Notes: generated by a model not told the origin, from the letters alone. Shown: positions 51,136 through 61,666, counted from the stretch's first letter. The stretch: 64,000 nucleotides of DNA from Gemmatimonadaceae bacterium (GCA_040902005.1 JBBDYA010000084.1:35720-99719), one strand, 5' to 3'. Numbers and translations are program-made.

Positions 51136-52078
51136 GCTCCATCCGGCGGATGCGCCAGTCGAGGTCCTCGAGCAGCTGCCGGTTCACCGAAATCAGGTCG
51201 GCGACAAGTCCGACGATCACCAGCGCGACGCCGAGCGCGGTAAGCATGGAGCCGATCACGACGGACTGGATGTGTCCCGATCCGTCTCCAATGGCGTAGA
51301 AATAGATGAAGCGCGTCAACAGCACGGCGCCCAGGCCGCCGAAGATGATCCCCGGCACTGCGAAGAAGCGGAATGGGCGATACGTCATCACCACGCGCAC
51401 CATCACGTTGAGCTGTCGCGCGATGTAGCTCGCGGGCCCGCGCATGAGGCGCGACGGTCGCGTCACCGGGTTGACGCGGATGGGGACGGACAGCACCGCC
51501 ATCCCCTTCTGCCCCGCCTGTATGATGGTTTCCACGGTGTAGGTATACCGGTTGAACACATGCAGTCGCATGGCCGCGTCGCGGCTGATGGCGCGAAAAC
51601 CGCTGGGGGCGTCCTCGATGCTTGTGCCGCTCGCGACGCGCGTGGCGGCGCTGCCCAGGCGCTGGAGGAGCTTCTTCAGCGCCGAGAAGCCTTCGATGCT
51701 CGCAACGGGACGCGCGCCGATCACGAGATCGGCCTCGCCGCGCAACACAGGCTCCACGAGTCGAGGGATGTCATCCCCGCAATACTGATTGTCCCCATCG
51801 GTATTCACCACGACATCGGCGCCGAGCGTGACGGCGCGCTCGAGACCGGCAAGGAACGCCCGGGCGAGGCCACGACGGACCGGCAGGCGCAGCACCTCGG
51901 CGCCGTGCAGGCGCGCAATTTCGCTCGTGCGGTCGCTGCTGCCGTCGTCGATCACCAGCGCGATGATGCGCGCGATCCCGGGCACGGCCGCCGGCAGACC
52001 GGCAAGCACCAGCGGAAGGACCTCTTCCTCGTTGTGACAGGGAATCTGGATTACGAGCGTACGGCCGGGGTCGTTCAT
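51098..52078 (-). CDS. GT2 glycosyltransferase with two C-terminal TM segments
   Basis: QIPC.NEE, DDGSSD, NTDGDNQY, SGFRA. Confidence 0.9.
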   Translation of the reverse strand: MNDPGRTLVIQIPCHNEEEVLPLVLAGLPAAVPGIARIIALVIDDGSSDRTSEIARLHGAEVLRLPVRRGLARAFLAGLERAVTLGADVVVNTDGDNQYCGDDIPRLVEPVLRGEADLVIGARPVASIEGFSALKKLLQRLGSAATRVASGTSIEDAPSGFRAISRDAAMRLHVFNRYTYTVETIIQAGQKGMAVLSVPIRVNPVTRPSRLMRGPASYIARQLNVMVRVVMTYRPFRFFAVPGIIFGGLGAVLLTRFIYFYAIGDGSGHIQSVVIGSMLTALGVALVIVGLVADLISVNRQLLEDLDWRIRRMEHGQRAARDSSRA

Positions 52079-52182
52079 CGGAATGGAAGGCGTTCAGCCG
52101 CGATTGCGGCGAGGGCCGCGGTGATTAACGTGCACGGGCGCGGCACGTCCGCGTCGTGCCTTGTGACGAGAGACTTCGACCC

Positions 52183-53916
52183 ATGGAATATGTAACGCCC
52201 GCGGAGGACAGGCACGGTCAGGCGCATCGCTGGCGGCCCAGACTGCACGAAGTTGTGCTGGCGCTCACCGCCATCGCGTTTCTCGCCGCGAAATACCGGC
52301 TGCTCCCGACGATCAACGTCAACTGGGACGAGTTCCTGTATCTCTCGCGCGTACATGAGTACGCGCGCGGGCAGCTCAGCACACCGTTCCTGACCTTTCA
52401 CGTCCACTTATTCCAGTGGCTCACCAGGATCGGTGGCACCGAGGTCGATCAGGTCATCGCCGCGCGGCAGTTCATGTTTGCGTTGCGGGTGGGCGGCAGC
52501 ATTTTGTTGTTCCTGCTGGCGCGCCGGCTCACCAGCCGGTCGGGAGCGTTCGTCGCGGTGCTGGCGCCGCTCACCTTCGCATTCGTACTGCGGTACGGCG
52601 AATCGTTCCGCGGTGATTCCCTGATCGCGTTCCTCGTTCTGTTCGCGGTGACGCTGCTCGTGCTGAAGATCGAGAGCCTGGCGGCGGTCATCGCGAGCGG
52701 CGTGGCGTTCGCGCTCGCGGCGGCAATCACTGTCAAGACCGCCCTCTTCGCGCCGTCCCTGCTCGCGGTCGCGGGGATACTGATCCTGAGCGCAGACGAC
52801 CCGGCGCTGCGCAGGATGCGGCTGCGACGCGCGGCGCTCCTCGGCGCCGTCGTTGTCGTGTCGTACGGAATCATGAACGCCGCGCACGCGGCGGCCACGT
52901 CGGCCGGATCGGGCGCGGTGGGCCGCAGCACCGTGGGGGCCGGGTCCGGCATGCTGGGCAACCCGGCGCTCTGGGCGCTCAACCACTCGCTGTCGGCGGA
53001 CTGGCCCTTCTGGATACTCCTCCTCCTGGGCGTGGGATTCGCGGTGCGTGATGCCGTGCGCCAGCGCGGCGACGCGCAAACACGGGCGCTCCTGGTGCTC
53101 GCACTCCAGCTCCCCCTGAGCACTCTGTTTTTCTACCGCAACACCTTTCCGTACTACTACGTCACGCTCGTGCCGCTGGCGAGCGTCGCGTGCGGGTACC
53201 TGGTGGCCAGCGTCGAACGCCTCATGGCGCGTCGGCAGGCATGGCTTCCGGTCATCGTGCTCCTGCTCGCGGCCCCGATCGCGCTGCGTGGATGGCAGAT
53301 GACAGCGTACCTTCAGGCCGATGGCGTCGCGACCCAGCGTGCGCTCCTGGGAGCCGTCCACGCCATTTTCTCCGAGCCGGTGCCGTATCTTGACCGCTGT
53401 GGCATGGTGTCATCGTTCCCGCGCGCGAATCTGTTCATGAGTACGTACGTGCTGGGGGCGTACCGCGAACGTGGCGTTCCGGTCATGGCTGATCTGGTGG
53501 CGACGCGTCAACCGCACTTCCTGCTGGCCAACGTGGAGACGTTGCAGCTGCAGCAGCCGTGGAATGTCGTGTCGCGCTACCCGCACTGGCTGCTGCCGCA
53601 GGATTACGCTTTCCTCCAGGACAACTTCGTGCACCACTGGGGCCCCATCTGGGTTCCCGGACGAACGCTGGAGCTGCGCGACGGTCAGGAGGTACCCGCC
53701 TCCATTGTGGTGCGCGGGACGTACACGGTGGAATCAGACCGCCCCGTCGTGATCAACGGCGTGGAGACGCGGCCAAATGGCCTCGTCGTCCTCGATCGGG
53801 GCGTTCATCGTGTGCGCGGGGCGGAAGGGGCGACGACAGTCACGCTTCGCCTGGGCACGCGACTCCACCGTCCCGGCCCCATAAAGGTGACAGGGCCACT
53901 GTTCTGGCCGCTGTGA
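52183..53916 (+). CDS. Polytopic membrane protein, GT-C-like glycosyltransferase
   Basis: NWDEF acidic motif after TM1, many TM segments, E.FR.D, FPYYY. Confidence 0.7.
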   Translation: MEYVTPAEDRHGQAHRWRPRLHEVVLALTAIAFLAAKYRLLPTINVNWDEFLYLSRVHEYARGQLSTPFLTFHVHLFQWLTRIGGTEVDQVIAARQFMFALRVGGSILLFLLARRLTSRSGAFVAVLAPLTFAFVLRYGESFRGDSLIAFLVLFAVTLLVLKIESLAAVIASGVAFALAAAITVKTALFAPSLLAVAGILILSADDPALRRMRLRRAALLGAVVVVSYGIMNAAHAAATSAGSGAVGRSTVGAGSGMLGNPALWALNHSLSADWPFWILLLLGVGFAVRDAVRQRGDAQTRALLVLALQLPLSTLFFYRNTFPYYYVTLVPLASVACGYLVASVERLMARRQAWLPVIVLLLAAPIALRGWQMTAYLQADGVATQRALLGAVHAIFSEPVPYLDRCGMVSSFPRANLFMSTYVLGAYRERGVPVMADLVATRQPHFLLANVETLQLQQPWNVVSRYPHWLLPQDYAFLQDNFVHHWGPIWVPGRTLELRDGQEVPASIVVRGTYTVESDRPVVINGVETRPNGLVVLDRGVHRVRGAEGATTVTLRLGTRLHRPGPIKVTGPLFWPL

Positions 53917-53978
53917 TGGGGCGGCGCACGACGCCTTCTCTCGGGTTGCGGTGCGCCCGTGCCATGCGTCCCTGAAGG

Positions 53979-56159
53979 ATGGACTCAGAACCTACCAACC
54001 GGTCCGCCGAGTCTGTCGCGAGTGCTCCGCATGCCTTGCCTGATTCGGCCACGACAGTGGCCGACGAGTCGCGCCAGCCACGGTGGCGGCGCATGACCGC
54101 TGAAGGATATCAGCCGCGCGACATCGCACGATGGTTCACGAGCCCAGCAGTGGGCACGCTGGGTGTGCTGGTGCTGAGCCAGCTCGCACTGGTGGTGGCG
54201 ATGCTGCTGCTGGTGGACCGCACGGCGTGGCACGTGAACCTGCCGCGCTCGATCCGTTTGGGCATCGTGACGCACGAGCTGGCGCTCGCCGCACCCTGGT
54301 TCCTGGGACTCGCGCTGATCGGGCTGGCGGCCGCGCGCTTGCGCGGGTGGCGACGGCGCGCGGCGTACGTCGCGGTCGGCGTGTTCGCGCTCGCGTGGTT
54401 CACCAGCTGGGCCACGTTCTGGACCACCGGACGCTTCGTGGACCGGGAGGCCCTCATGCTCGCGGCGGCGAGTCCCGGATCGATGCTGCTGCACGGGCTC
54501 CAGTTCGCGCCACTCGCGTTCGTACTGCTGCCGCTGAGCGCCATCGCGTTTACGTTTGCGTTCGTCGCGCTGGCGCGCGTGGGCGCGCGCGCGTGGCCGG
54601 CGATCAGGCTCGCGTCGCTGCTGCTTGCGCTGGTGGCGCTGTGGTTGGCCCACTCCACCGCGCGCGACGCCGCGTCTGTGCTGACGGACAACGAGCAGCG
54701 CATCGCCCATCCGCGAGGCACCACGACGCTGGGGAATCTGTACCGGTCGCTCCGGGACGAGCACACCGGACCCGTGGCTTACCTGTACGCGTCGCTGGGG
54801 CGCCCCAGTGTCACGACGCAGCAGGATGCCGGGATCGAGGTGGTGTGGCCGCCGAAAGCCAGGTATGCCGCGAACCCACCGGCCCGGCCGTTCAACGTGA
54901 TCGTGCTGGTGGTGGAGTCATTGCGCTCCGATGAGCTGGCCGCGTGGGGCTCGCGCCTGCCGGTGATGCCCAACACGGACGCACTGGCGCGCGAGAGCGT
55001 GGTGTTCCTGGACCATGTCGCGGCGGCCACACACTCCAACTATTCGACGGTGGTCCCGGTGTCTGGGCAGTACCCGCTGCGCGACCCGAACGCGCACATC
55101 TACCCGGCGGATCCCGCGTACCCGCGCGTGCACCTGTACGACGTGCTCAAGCCGCTCGGCTACCGAACGGCCATCATCTCCTCACAGAACGAGAGCTGGG
55201 GTGGGATGGCGAACTTCCTGGCGTCGGACCGGCTGGACTATTTCCTCCATTCGGAAACCTTTACGGGGCCACGATATGTAGAAGAGGAAGACTACGGGTT
55301 CGCTCGCTTCGCCAGGCAGTTCGGCCGAGCGGGCAAGATCGACGACCGCCTCACCATCGACGAGGCCATCCGCTGGATCGGCGATGCGGGCCAGCCGCCG
55401 TTTTTCACGTACATCAACCTCCAGAACACCCACGTTCCGTACCCGATTCCCGCAAGCGCGCCCGCGCCATTCGCAGCGCGGGAGCGGGATTTCTCGATCC
55501 GGTTCAACCTGTTCCCCGCCGACTCGGTGGAGAAGGTGCGGGGGATCTACCGGAACGCGCTGCACTACGTCGACGTGCAGATCGGACGGCTCGTGGCGCA
55601 CCTACGGGCCACCGGCCAGCTGGACCGCACGATTCTCATGGTCATGGGCGACCACGGACAGGCCTTCCTCGAGCACGGGTTCGGCGCGCACGGCAACGAG
55701 CTGTACGAGGAGCTGCTGCGCACGCCGCTGATTGTCCATGCACCCGGGCTGACACCCGAACTGCGACGCGGGCTGGCGCATCACGTGGACGTGGCGTCCA
55801 CCGTGCTCGGCCTGCTCGGACTCCCGCCCCATCCGGCGTTCCAGGGCATCGACCTGTTCGCCGCGCAGCGCACCTACGCCTATGTGCTCGTGCAGACACC
55901 GCTCGCAAACCAGTACGGCATCACGAACGGTCGCTGGAAGCTGGTGGTGGACGGACACCGCGGCACCGCGGTGCTCCGCGACCTGGTACGCGACCCGCGC
56001 GAGCAGCTCGACTTCGTGGCGCAGGATACCGCCGTGGCGCGCGCCCTCCGCCGACGCGTTGACACCTGGCGCGAGGCGCAGTTGAAGTACTATCGCACCC
56101 CAGCGCTCCGCGCGACCACGTATGCGCCGGTGCTGCCGGAGCCGCGCCCGCCCGCCTGA
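53979..56159 (+). CDS. Membrane-anchored sulfatase-superfamily / LtaS-like phosphoform transferase
   Basis: About five N-terminal TM segments; VVESLRSD, THSNYS, HVPY, GDHG, AHG; no CxPxR motif. Confidence 0.8.
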   Translation: MDSEPTNRSAESVASAPHALPDSATTVADESRQPRWRRMTAEGYQPRDIARWFTSPAVGTLGVLVLSQLALVVAMLLLVDRTAWHVNLPRSIRLGIVTHELALAAPWFLGLALIGLAAARLRGWRRRAAYVAVGVFALAWFTSWATFWTTGRFVDREALMLAAASPGSMLLHGLQFAPLAFVLLPLSAIAFTFAFVALARVGARAWPAIRLASLLLALVALWLAHSTARDAASVLTDNEQRIAHPRGTTTLGNLYRSLRDEHTGPVAYLYASLGRPSVTTQQDAGIEVVWPPKARYAANPPARPFNVIVLVVESLRSDELAAWGSRLPVMPNTDALARESVVFLDHVAAATHSNYSTVVPVSGQYPLRDPNAHIYPADPAYPRVHLYDVLKPLGYRTAIISSQNESWGGMANFLASDRLDYFLHSETFTGPRYVEEEDYGFARFARQFGRAGKIDDRLTIDEAIRWIGDAGQPPFFTYINLQNTHVPYPIPASAPAPFAARERDFSIRFNLFPADSVEKVRGIYRNALHYVDVQIGRLVAHLRATGQLDRTILMVMGDHGQAFLEHGFGAHGNELYEELLRTPLIVHAPGLTPELRRGLAHHVDVASTVLGLLGLPPHPAFQGIDLFAAQRTYAYVLVQTPLANQYGITNGRWKLVVDGHRGTAVLRDLVRDPREQLDFVAQDTAVARALRRRVDTWREAQLKYYRTPALRATTYAPVLPEPRPPA

Positions 56160-56182
56160 ACGGCGCGGGCGATTCGGTCACG

Positions 56183-57883
56183 CTATGGAACGCCGACGTT
56201 CGTGTCGGCTCGAGCACGGGCCGCGGCGATGGAATCGGCAGGCATGTCCAGTGAGTCGCGCATGCGGCGTGACGCCCGGAGGACGCGCCGGGCGGGTGCC
56301 AGCGCACCGCCGCGCTCCAGCGAACGCAGGGCGGCCGCTCGAGCGTCGTCCGGACGACGCTGGTGCAGCAGGCACGCCGCGTAGGACGCGTGCCCGCCCG
56401 GGACGTCCGGCTCGAGGAGAAGGAACGTTTCGTAGTACCGGATGGCCGGCTCGCAGAAACCCCTGGAGCGGTACTGCTCCGCGAGAACCCAGACGATGAG
56501 CGGATCGTGTGGAAAGAGCCTGAACGCTTCCCGCACGTGCACCTCGCCGTCGGTGAGATTGCGTCTCTCGAACATCAGCCCGCCCAGCATGAGGTGCGCC
56601 CGGTAGCTCTCCGGGGAATCCCTGATCGCGCGCCGCAACAGCGTTTCCGTGTCTTTCCAGGCGCGGTTGCGATCCACACTGCGGCCAATGCCGAGCGCCA
56701 CGACTACCACGAGAAGGGCGGCCGTCGCGACCTCTCGCGCGCGCCGCCCTTCCACCCGCTCGTACAGCCACGGCACGGCGCTCGCGAGCGCGATGATTGC
56801 CCCTACGCTCGGCAACAACAACGTGCGCTCCGCGATGATGAACCCCGCCGGCAGGATGAAGTTGCTCGCCGGCAAGAGCGTCAGCACCATCCATCCAATG
56901 CCGAACGCCGTGACCGGACTCCGGCGCCATGTTGCCAGGCAGAGTCCCAGCGTGCCGATCAGGACGAGCAGCCCGGGGAGCTGCGCCAGACTCGGGCCCT
57001 GCGCGACCTCGAGGTACGGCGGCGTGTACTCGGTCGTGAGCCGCGCCGGCCAGACCAGGAGACGCAGCCATTCCGGCGCCGCGCCGATCATCGTCAGGAT
57101 GCGATCGCCGTGCGACAGGTCGAGCGCCTGAAAGACGGCGAACGGCTGAAAGCCCGTGCCGCCCCCCGCGACCAGGCTGCGTGGCCACAGGTAGGCGACG
57201 GCCACGAGCAGCAGGGCGAGCATCGGAAGCCGCATTCGCTCCGCGCGCGCCCGGAGCGGCGTGCGATCCGCGACCACCGTCAGCTCGGCCAGCGGCAGCA
57301 GCGCAATCAGCGTGATCGCGTGCTCCTTGAACAACATTCCGATCGCATAGAGAACGCCGATCACGGTCCATCGCCCCGCCGAGAGCGGGCCGGCGCGGCG
57401 GCCGTGCACGTACAGGGCCATTGCGACGGTCACGAGCAGCGCCACAATGAGTTCTGACTGGCCCACGACGTTGGCGATGGCCTCCACGTGCACGGGATGC
57501 ACCGCGTAGAGGGCGGCGGCGATCCACGCGGCGGCGAGCGGCAGCACGCCGCCGGCCAGCCAGAACACCGCGACTGCCGTGACCACATGCAGCGCGATGT
57601 TGACGGCATGGAACGGCATTGGCGATCCGCCGGCGAGCATCCACTGCAGCTTGAACCCCAGAATCGTCAGGGGGCGATACCCGTCGCCGTGACTGCCCAT
57701 GGCCGGCCAGTACGACGTGGCGAATTCGCGCCACCATCCGGCCAGCGTTCCCATGCGCGCGGCGGATCGCTCGAGGATGTACACGTCGTCGTACGTGAAC
57801 CGGTTGGTCACGCTGTTGCCGGACGCGGCGAGCGCCAACGCCGCGATGACGATGGCCAGCCCCCACCAGCCGCGACGTGTCAT
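56183..57883 (-). CDS. TMTC-like (DUF1736 + TPR) GT-C membrane glycosyltransferase
   Basis: FTYDD, YRPL, FHAVN.ALH, VHPVHVEA.A.VVG, KE, P.SN, AER.L.LPS.G, C-terminal TPR-like helices. Confidence 0.8.
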   Translation of the reverse strand: MTRRGWWGLAIVIAALALAASGNSVTNRFTYDDVYILERSAARMGTLAGWWREFATSYWPAMGSHGDGYRPLTILGFKLQWMLAGGSPMPFHAVNIALHVVTAVAVFWLAGGVLPLAAAWIAAALYAVHPVHVEAIANVVGQSELIVALLVTVAMALYVHGRRAGPLSAGRWTVIGVLYAIGMLFKEHAITLIALLPLAELTVVADRTPLRARAERMRLPMLALLLVAVAYLWPRSLVAGGGTGFQPFAVFQALDLSHGDRILTMIGAAPEWLRLLVWPARLTTEYTPPYLEVAQGPSLAQLPGLLVLIGTLGLCLATWRRSPVTAFGIGWMVLTLLPASNFILPAGFIIAERTLLLPSVGAIIALASAVPWLYERVEGRRAREVATAALLVVVVALGIGRSVDRNRAWKDTETLLRRAIRDSPESYRAHLMLGGLMFERRNLTDGEVHVREAFRLFPHDPLIVWVLAEQYRSRGFCEPAIRYYETFLLLEPDVPGGHASYAACLLHQRRPDDARAAALRSLERGGALAPARRVLRASRRMRDSLDMPADSIAAARARADTNVGVP

Positions 57884-58617
57884 GACCCCAGGTTGTACTT
57901 CAGGATGTGCCAGAAGGCCGCCATCCCGTCCCGCCAGCTGATCTTCTTGCCTTCCGCGTAGGTACGCCCCGAGTAACTGATCGGCACTTCGAAGATGCGG
58001 GCCTGCGCGCGCGCCAGTCGCGCCGTGATCTCCGGCTCGAATCCGAACCGGTCGCTGCGGAGACGCGGCTGGATCTCCCGGGCCAGGTCGCCGCGCATCG
58101 CCTTGTAGCACGTCTCCATGTCCGTGAGGTTGAGATTCGTGAGCATGTTGCTGAACATGGTCAGCACCTTGTTGCCCACGGAGTGCCAGAAGAACAGCAC
58201 GCGGTGCGGCCCGCCGAGGAAGCGCGAACCGAACGACGCGTCCGCGCGTCCGTCGATGATGGGTTTCAGGAGCACGGGCCAGTCCTCCGGCGTGTACTCC
58301 AGGTCTGCGTCCTGCACGAGGACGATGTCGCCCGTGCTCATCCCGAGTGCCTGGCGAATGGCCGCGCCCTTCCCCTGGTTCCGCGGCTGGAGGTGCAGCA
58401 GGTGGATGCGACCCTGCGCCGCGAGACGCTGGAGCACCTCGCGCGTACCGTCGGTGGAGTAGTCGTCCACGACGACCAGTTCGATGCGCATCGGTTGCAC
58501 CGGCGCCGCGTGCACCGCCTCGATGATGGCCTCGACCGTGTCCTTCTCGTTGAACACGGCCATCAGGACCGACAGCGTGGCCCGCTGCACATGCATGGGC
58601 GTGCGGTGATGGCTCAT
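57880..58617 (-). CDS. GT2 polyprenol-phosphate glycosyltransferase (Dpm1-like)
   Basis: NQGKGAA, QDADLEY, GSRF, TDMETCYK, FGFEPEIT, GKKISW.DG. Confidence 0.9.
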   Translation of the reverse strand: MSHHRTPMHVQRATLSVLMAVFNEKDTVEAIIEAVHAAPVQPMRIELVVVDDYSTDGTREVLQRLAAQGRIHLLHLQPRNQGKGAAIRQALGMSTGDIVLVQDADLEYTPEDWPVLLKPIIDGRADASFGSRFLGGPHRVLFFWHSVGNKVLTMFSNMLTNLNLTDMETCYKAMRGDLAREIQPRLRSDRFGFEPEITARLARAQARIFEVPISYSGRTYAEGKKISWRDGMAAFWHILKYNLGS

Positions 58618-59993
58618 GCGTCCGCTTCCACGCCGTAGCGCGACAGCTTGCGATAGAGCGTGGACGGATCGATGCCGAGGACGTCGGCCGCCCGCGTCTT
58701 GTTGCCGCCCTCACTCTGCAACACCCACATGATGTAGGCCCGCTCCACCGCCTCCAGCGTGGGATTCGCGGGCGTCCGCGCCGAGACGAGCGGCTCCGCC
58801 TTGCGGTTGGTGACGCGCTCCGGCAGCACGTCCACCCCGATCTGATCCCCCGCCGTGAGAATCACGGCGCGCTCCAGCGCGTTCTCGAGCTCGCGAACGT
58901 TCCCGGGCCACTGGTATTCCTGGAGCACCTCGGCGACGGCGTGCTGGAGACGCTTGGCCGGCTCCCCGCGCATGGCCGCGCTCCGGTGGAGAAAATGTTC
59001 GGCGAGCATGAGAATGTCGTCGCGGCGTTGGCGGAGCGGCGGCAGATGGATGGAAATGACGTTCAGCCGGTAATATAGATCGCTGCGAAACCGGCCCACC
59101 TTGATCTCCTCGTCGAGGTCGCGATTGGTCGCGGCGATCAGGCGCGCATTGACCTTCACCGCTTCCGTGGCGCCCACCGGAATGACTTCGCGGTGCTGGA
59201 GCGCCCGCAGCAGCTTCACCTGCGTGGCCGGCGTGGTCTCGCCGATTTCGTCCAGAAAGAACGTGCCATTCTCCGCGGCGGCGAAGTGACCGATCTTGTC
59301 CCGCACCGCGCCGGTGAACGAGCCCTTCACGTGCCCGAACAGCTCGGACTCGAGCAACCCCTCCGGCAGCGCGCCGCAGTTGATCGAGAGAAACGGACCG
59401 CCCGTACGGTTGGAGAGCTCGTGGAGATATCGCGCGAGGACCTCCTTGCCGGTGCCGGATTCACCCTGGATCAACACGGTGCTGTCGGTGGGCCCGACGG
59501 TTTCGGCGAGCCGCAGGATGTCGAGCCAGGCCTTGCTGGTGCCCACGGGCCGGTCGCCGGTCACGTCGCGTCGGCGAATCTCCTGCTTGAGCGACCGGTT
59601 CTCGACCCGCAACCGGCGATGCTCCGCGGCGCGGCGAAGGATCGCCACCAGTTCGTCGTTGCGAAACGGCTTCTGGATGTAGTAGAACGCGCCCGCGTTC
59701 ACCGCCTGCATCGCCGACTGGAGCGTGGCCTGCGCGGTCATGAGGATGACCGGCACGTCGGGATCGCTCTCGCGCGTGGCCGCGAGGACCTCCACCCCGC
59801 CAATGGTGGGCATGCGGATGTCCGTGAGCACGATGTCGGGACGCAGCGCGCTGAGTTCCGAGAGCGCCATCGCTCCGCCCAGCGCCACGTGCGGCTCGAA
59901 TCCCTCGTTGCGAAGCAGGATGCGCAGCGTTTCGAGAATCGCCGCCTCGTCATCCACGATCAGCACGCGGGGACGGCCGTTCGCCGGTTCCAT
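58614..59993 (-). CDS. pilR: Sigma54-dependent response regulator, PilR-like
   Basis: Receiver domain, GESGTGKE, GSFTGA, WPGNVRELEN, HTH; downstream of the PilS-like kinase. Confidence 0.8.
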   Translation of the reverse strand: MEPANGRPRVLIVDDEAAILETLRILLRNEGFEPHVALGGAMALSELSALRPDIVLTDIRMPTIGGVEVLAATRESDPDVPVILMTAQATLQSAMQAVNAGAFYYIQKPFRNDELVAILRRAAEHRRLRVENRSLKQEIRRRDVTGDRPVGTSKAWLDILRLAETVGPTDSTVLIQGESGTGKEVLARYLHELSNRTGGPFLSINCGALPEGLLESELFGHVKGSFTGAVRDKIGHFAAAENGTFFLDEIGETTPATQVKLLRALQHREVIPVGATEAVKVNARLIAATNRDLDEEIKVGRFRSDLYYRLNVISIHLPPLRQRRDDILMLAEHFLHRSAAMRGEPAKRLQHAVAEVLQEYQWPGNVRELENALERAVILTAGDQIGVDVLPERVTNRKAEPLVSARTPANPTLEAVERAYIMWVLQSEGGNKTRAADVLGIDPSTLYRKLSRYGVEADA

Positions 59994-61666
59994 CAGATGG
60001 TGACTCCAGTGGCGGCGCGCTCGATCAACGGCGCCCGCGGAAGAATGACCGTGAAGCGGGTGCCCCCCCCCCCTCCAGTGTCGCCACTGTCGAGGTACAC
60101 GTGGCCGCGGTGGGCCTCGATCGCCCGGTGGACGACAGCAAGTCCCAGCCCGCTTCCGCCCGGCCTGGTCGTGAAGAAGGGATCGAAGAGTCGGGCGCGC
60201 ACCTCGAGCGGGATGCCGGGACCGTCATCGCTCACGCGGATCGCGATGCCCGCCACGGTGGAAACGCCCGAGCCGAGGGGCAACTCGTCGCCGGCAACCG
60301 CGGCCTCCACCCGAACCTCGCCATCCGGCGGCGACGCCTGCACGGCGTTGAGCGCCAGGTTGAAGATCGCCCGATGCAGCAGGTCTTCATCCCCCTCCAC
60401 CATCAGCGCCGCGTCCTCGGGCACCACGCACGTGACCCGGACGCCGGGCTGGCGATCGGGATGCGAACCCGCGAGCGTCGCGGCCCCGCGCGCCACGGCT
60501 GCGATGTCCACCTGCGCGGTATGGGTGACGCGCACCCGCGCAAAATCCAGGAATTCGGTGAGCAGACGCGACAGCCGGTCCGACTCGCGCATCACGAGCT
60601 CCGACAGCGTCCGCTCGTCCTCGCCCACGTGCGGCACGCGTGACAGTTGCTCGATCGCGCTGCGGATCGACGCCAGCGGGTTCTTGATTTCGTGCGCCAG
60701 CGAGGCCGACAGTTCGGCCACGCCCTCGAGCCGCTCCGCGCGCAGCCGGAGCGCCTCCAGCCGCTTCTGGTCCGAGATGTCGGAGAAGATCGCCGTCGTC
60801 GTGCGGCTCGTGCGCTTGCCATCTCCTTCCGTGCAGGTGATGGTGACGCCGATGGGAAACTCCCGCTGGCCATTGTTCACCACGCCTTCCGCGCGGCTGG
60901 TGCGCACGTTGTCCAGCACCGACCGGCGCACCGCGGCCGCGAGCGCGGGCGACTGCGCGGCAATCGCGTCCACCACGGGCCGCCCCAGGTACTCCGACAG
61001 CGGGATGCCCAGGATCTGCTCGGCCATCGGATTCGCGAAGAGAAGCCGGCCGTCCGGATCCACCGTCAGGACGCCGCTCCGGATGTTGCGGAGAATGTCG
61101 TCCGCCTGGAGCCGGAGATGCCCGAGCTCGGCGACCAGCTGATGCTTCCCCTCTCCCTCGCGCCGCAGCTGCACGGCGAGATACGCCAGCCCCAGTGCGA
61201 CGGAGGCGAACACACCGAGCTGGAGCCAGACGGCGAAGTCGAGCCTCGTGTCCACTGCCCACAGCACCTCGGCGACGTACAGCACGTTCCCAAGCGCCGC
61301 GATGAGGAGCCCGCCCCCCAGGGGCAGCAGCAAGGTGGACGCCGCAATAACCAGGATGTACAGCGCCGCGAACTGCGATTCCTGCACGCCGGTGACGTGC
61401 ACCACGGTCGTGACCAGCAGCAGGTCGAAGACGCTCTGGAGGTACAGGAAATTCGTGTGCAGCGGACGCCGGTAGATCTCGCTGTAGGCCAGGGACGCTA
61501 CGGTCACGGCAGTGGTGATGGCGAACGCGAGCGCCGCAATGACCAGCTTGTCCGCGGAATCCATGTCGTCGCGCAACCAAACGCGCACGGCGGCAAGGAA
61601 AACGGCGGCGGCAATGGACAGCCGTCCTATATAGATCCAGCGCAAGAGGCGGCGCGGATCCAGCAT
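59993..61666 (-). CDS. pilS: PilS-like sensor histidine kinase (multi-TM + PAS)
   Basis: DLLLVT...TG..S.F..LY PilS-type membrane motif, PAS, AHEIKNPLASI, GSGLGL. Start may extend to 61738. Confidence 0.8.
   Translation of the reverse strand: MLDPRRLLRWIYIGRLSIAAAVFLAAVRVWLRDDMDSADKLVIAALAFAITTAVTVASLAYSEIYRRPLHTNFLYLQSVFDLLLVTTVVHVTGVQESQFAALYILVIAASTLLLPLGGGLLIAALGNVLYVAEVLWAVDTRLDFAVWLQLGVFASVALGLAYLAVQLRREGEGKHQLVAELGHLRLQADDILRNIRSGVLTVDPDGRLLFANPMAEQILGIPLSEYLGRPVVDAIAAQSPALAAAVRRSVLDNVRTSRAEGVVNNGQREFPIGVTITCTEGDGKRTSRTTTAIFSDISDQKRLEALRLRAERLEGVAELSASLAHEIKNPLASIRSAIEQLSRVPHVGEDERTLSELVMRESDRLSRLLTEFLDFARVRVTHTAQVDIAAVARGAATLAGSHPDRQPGVRVTCVVPEDAALMVEGDEDLLHRAIFNLALNAVQASPPDGEVRVEAAVAGDELPLGSGVSTVAGIAIRVSDDGPGIPLEVRARLFDPFFTTRPGGSGLGLAVVHRAIEAHRGHVYLDSGDTGGGGGTRFTVILPRAPLIERAATGVTI

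Noticed and set aside
60063..60073. C11 tract in pilS as a phase-variation site
   Set aside because: Encodes a Gly linker near the C-terminus; similar G/C runs occur in ligD and the CNNM tail
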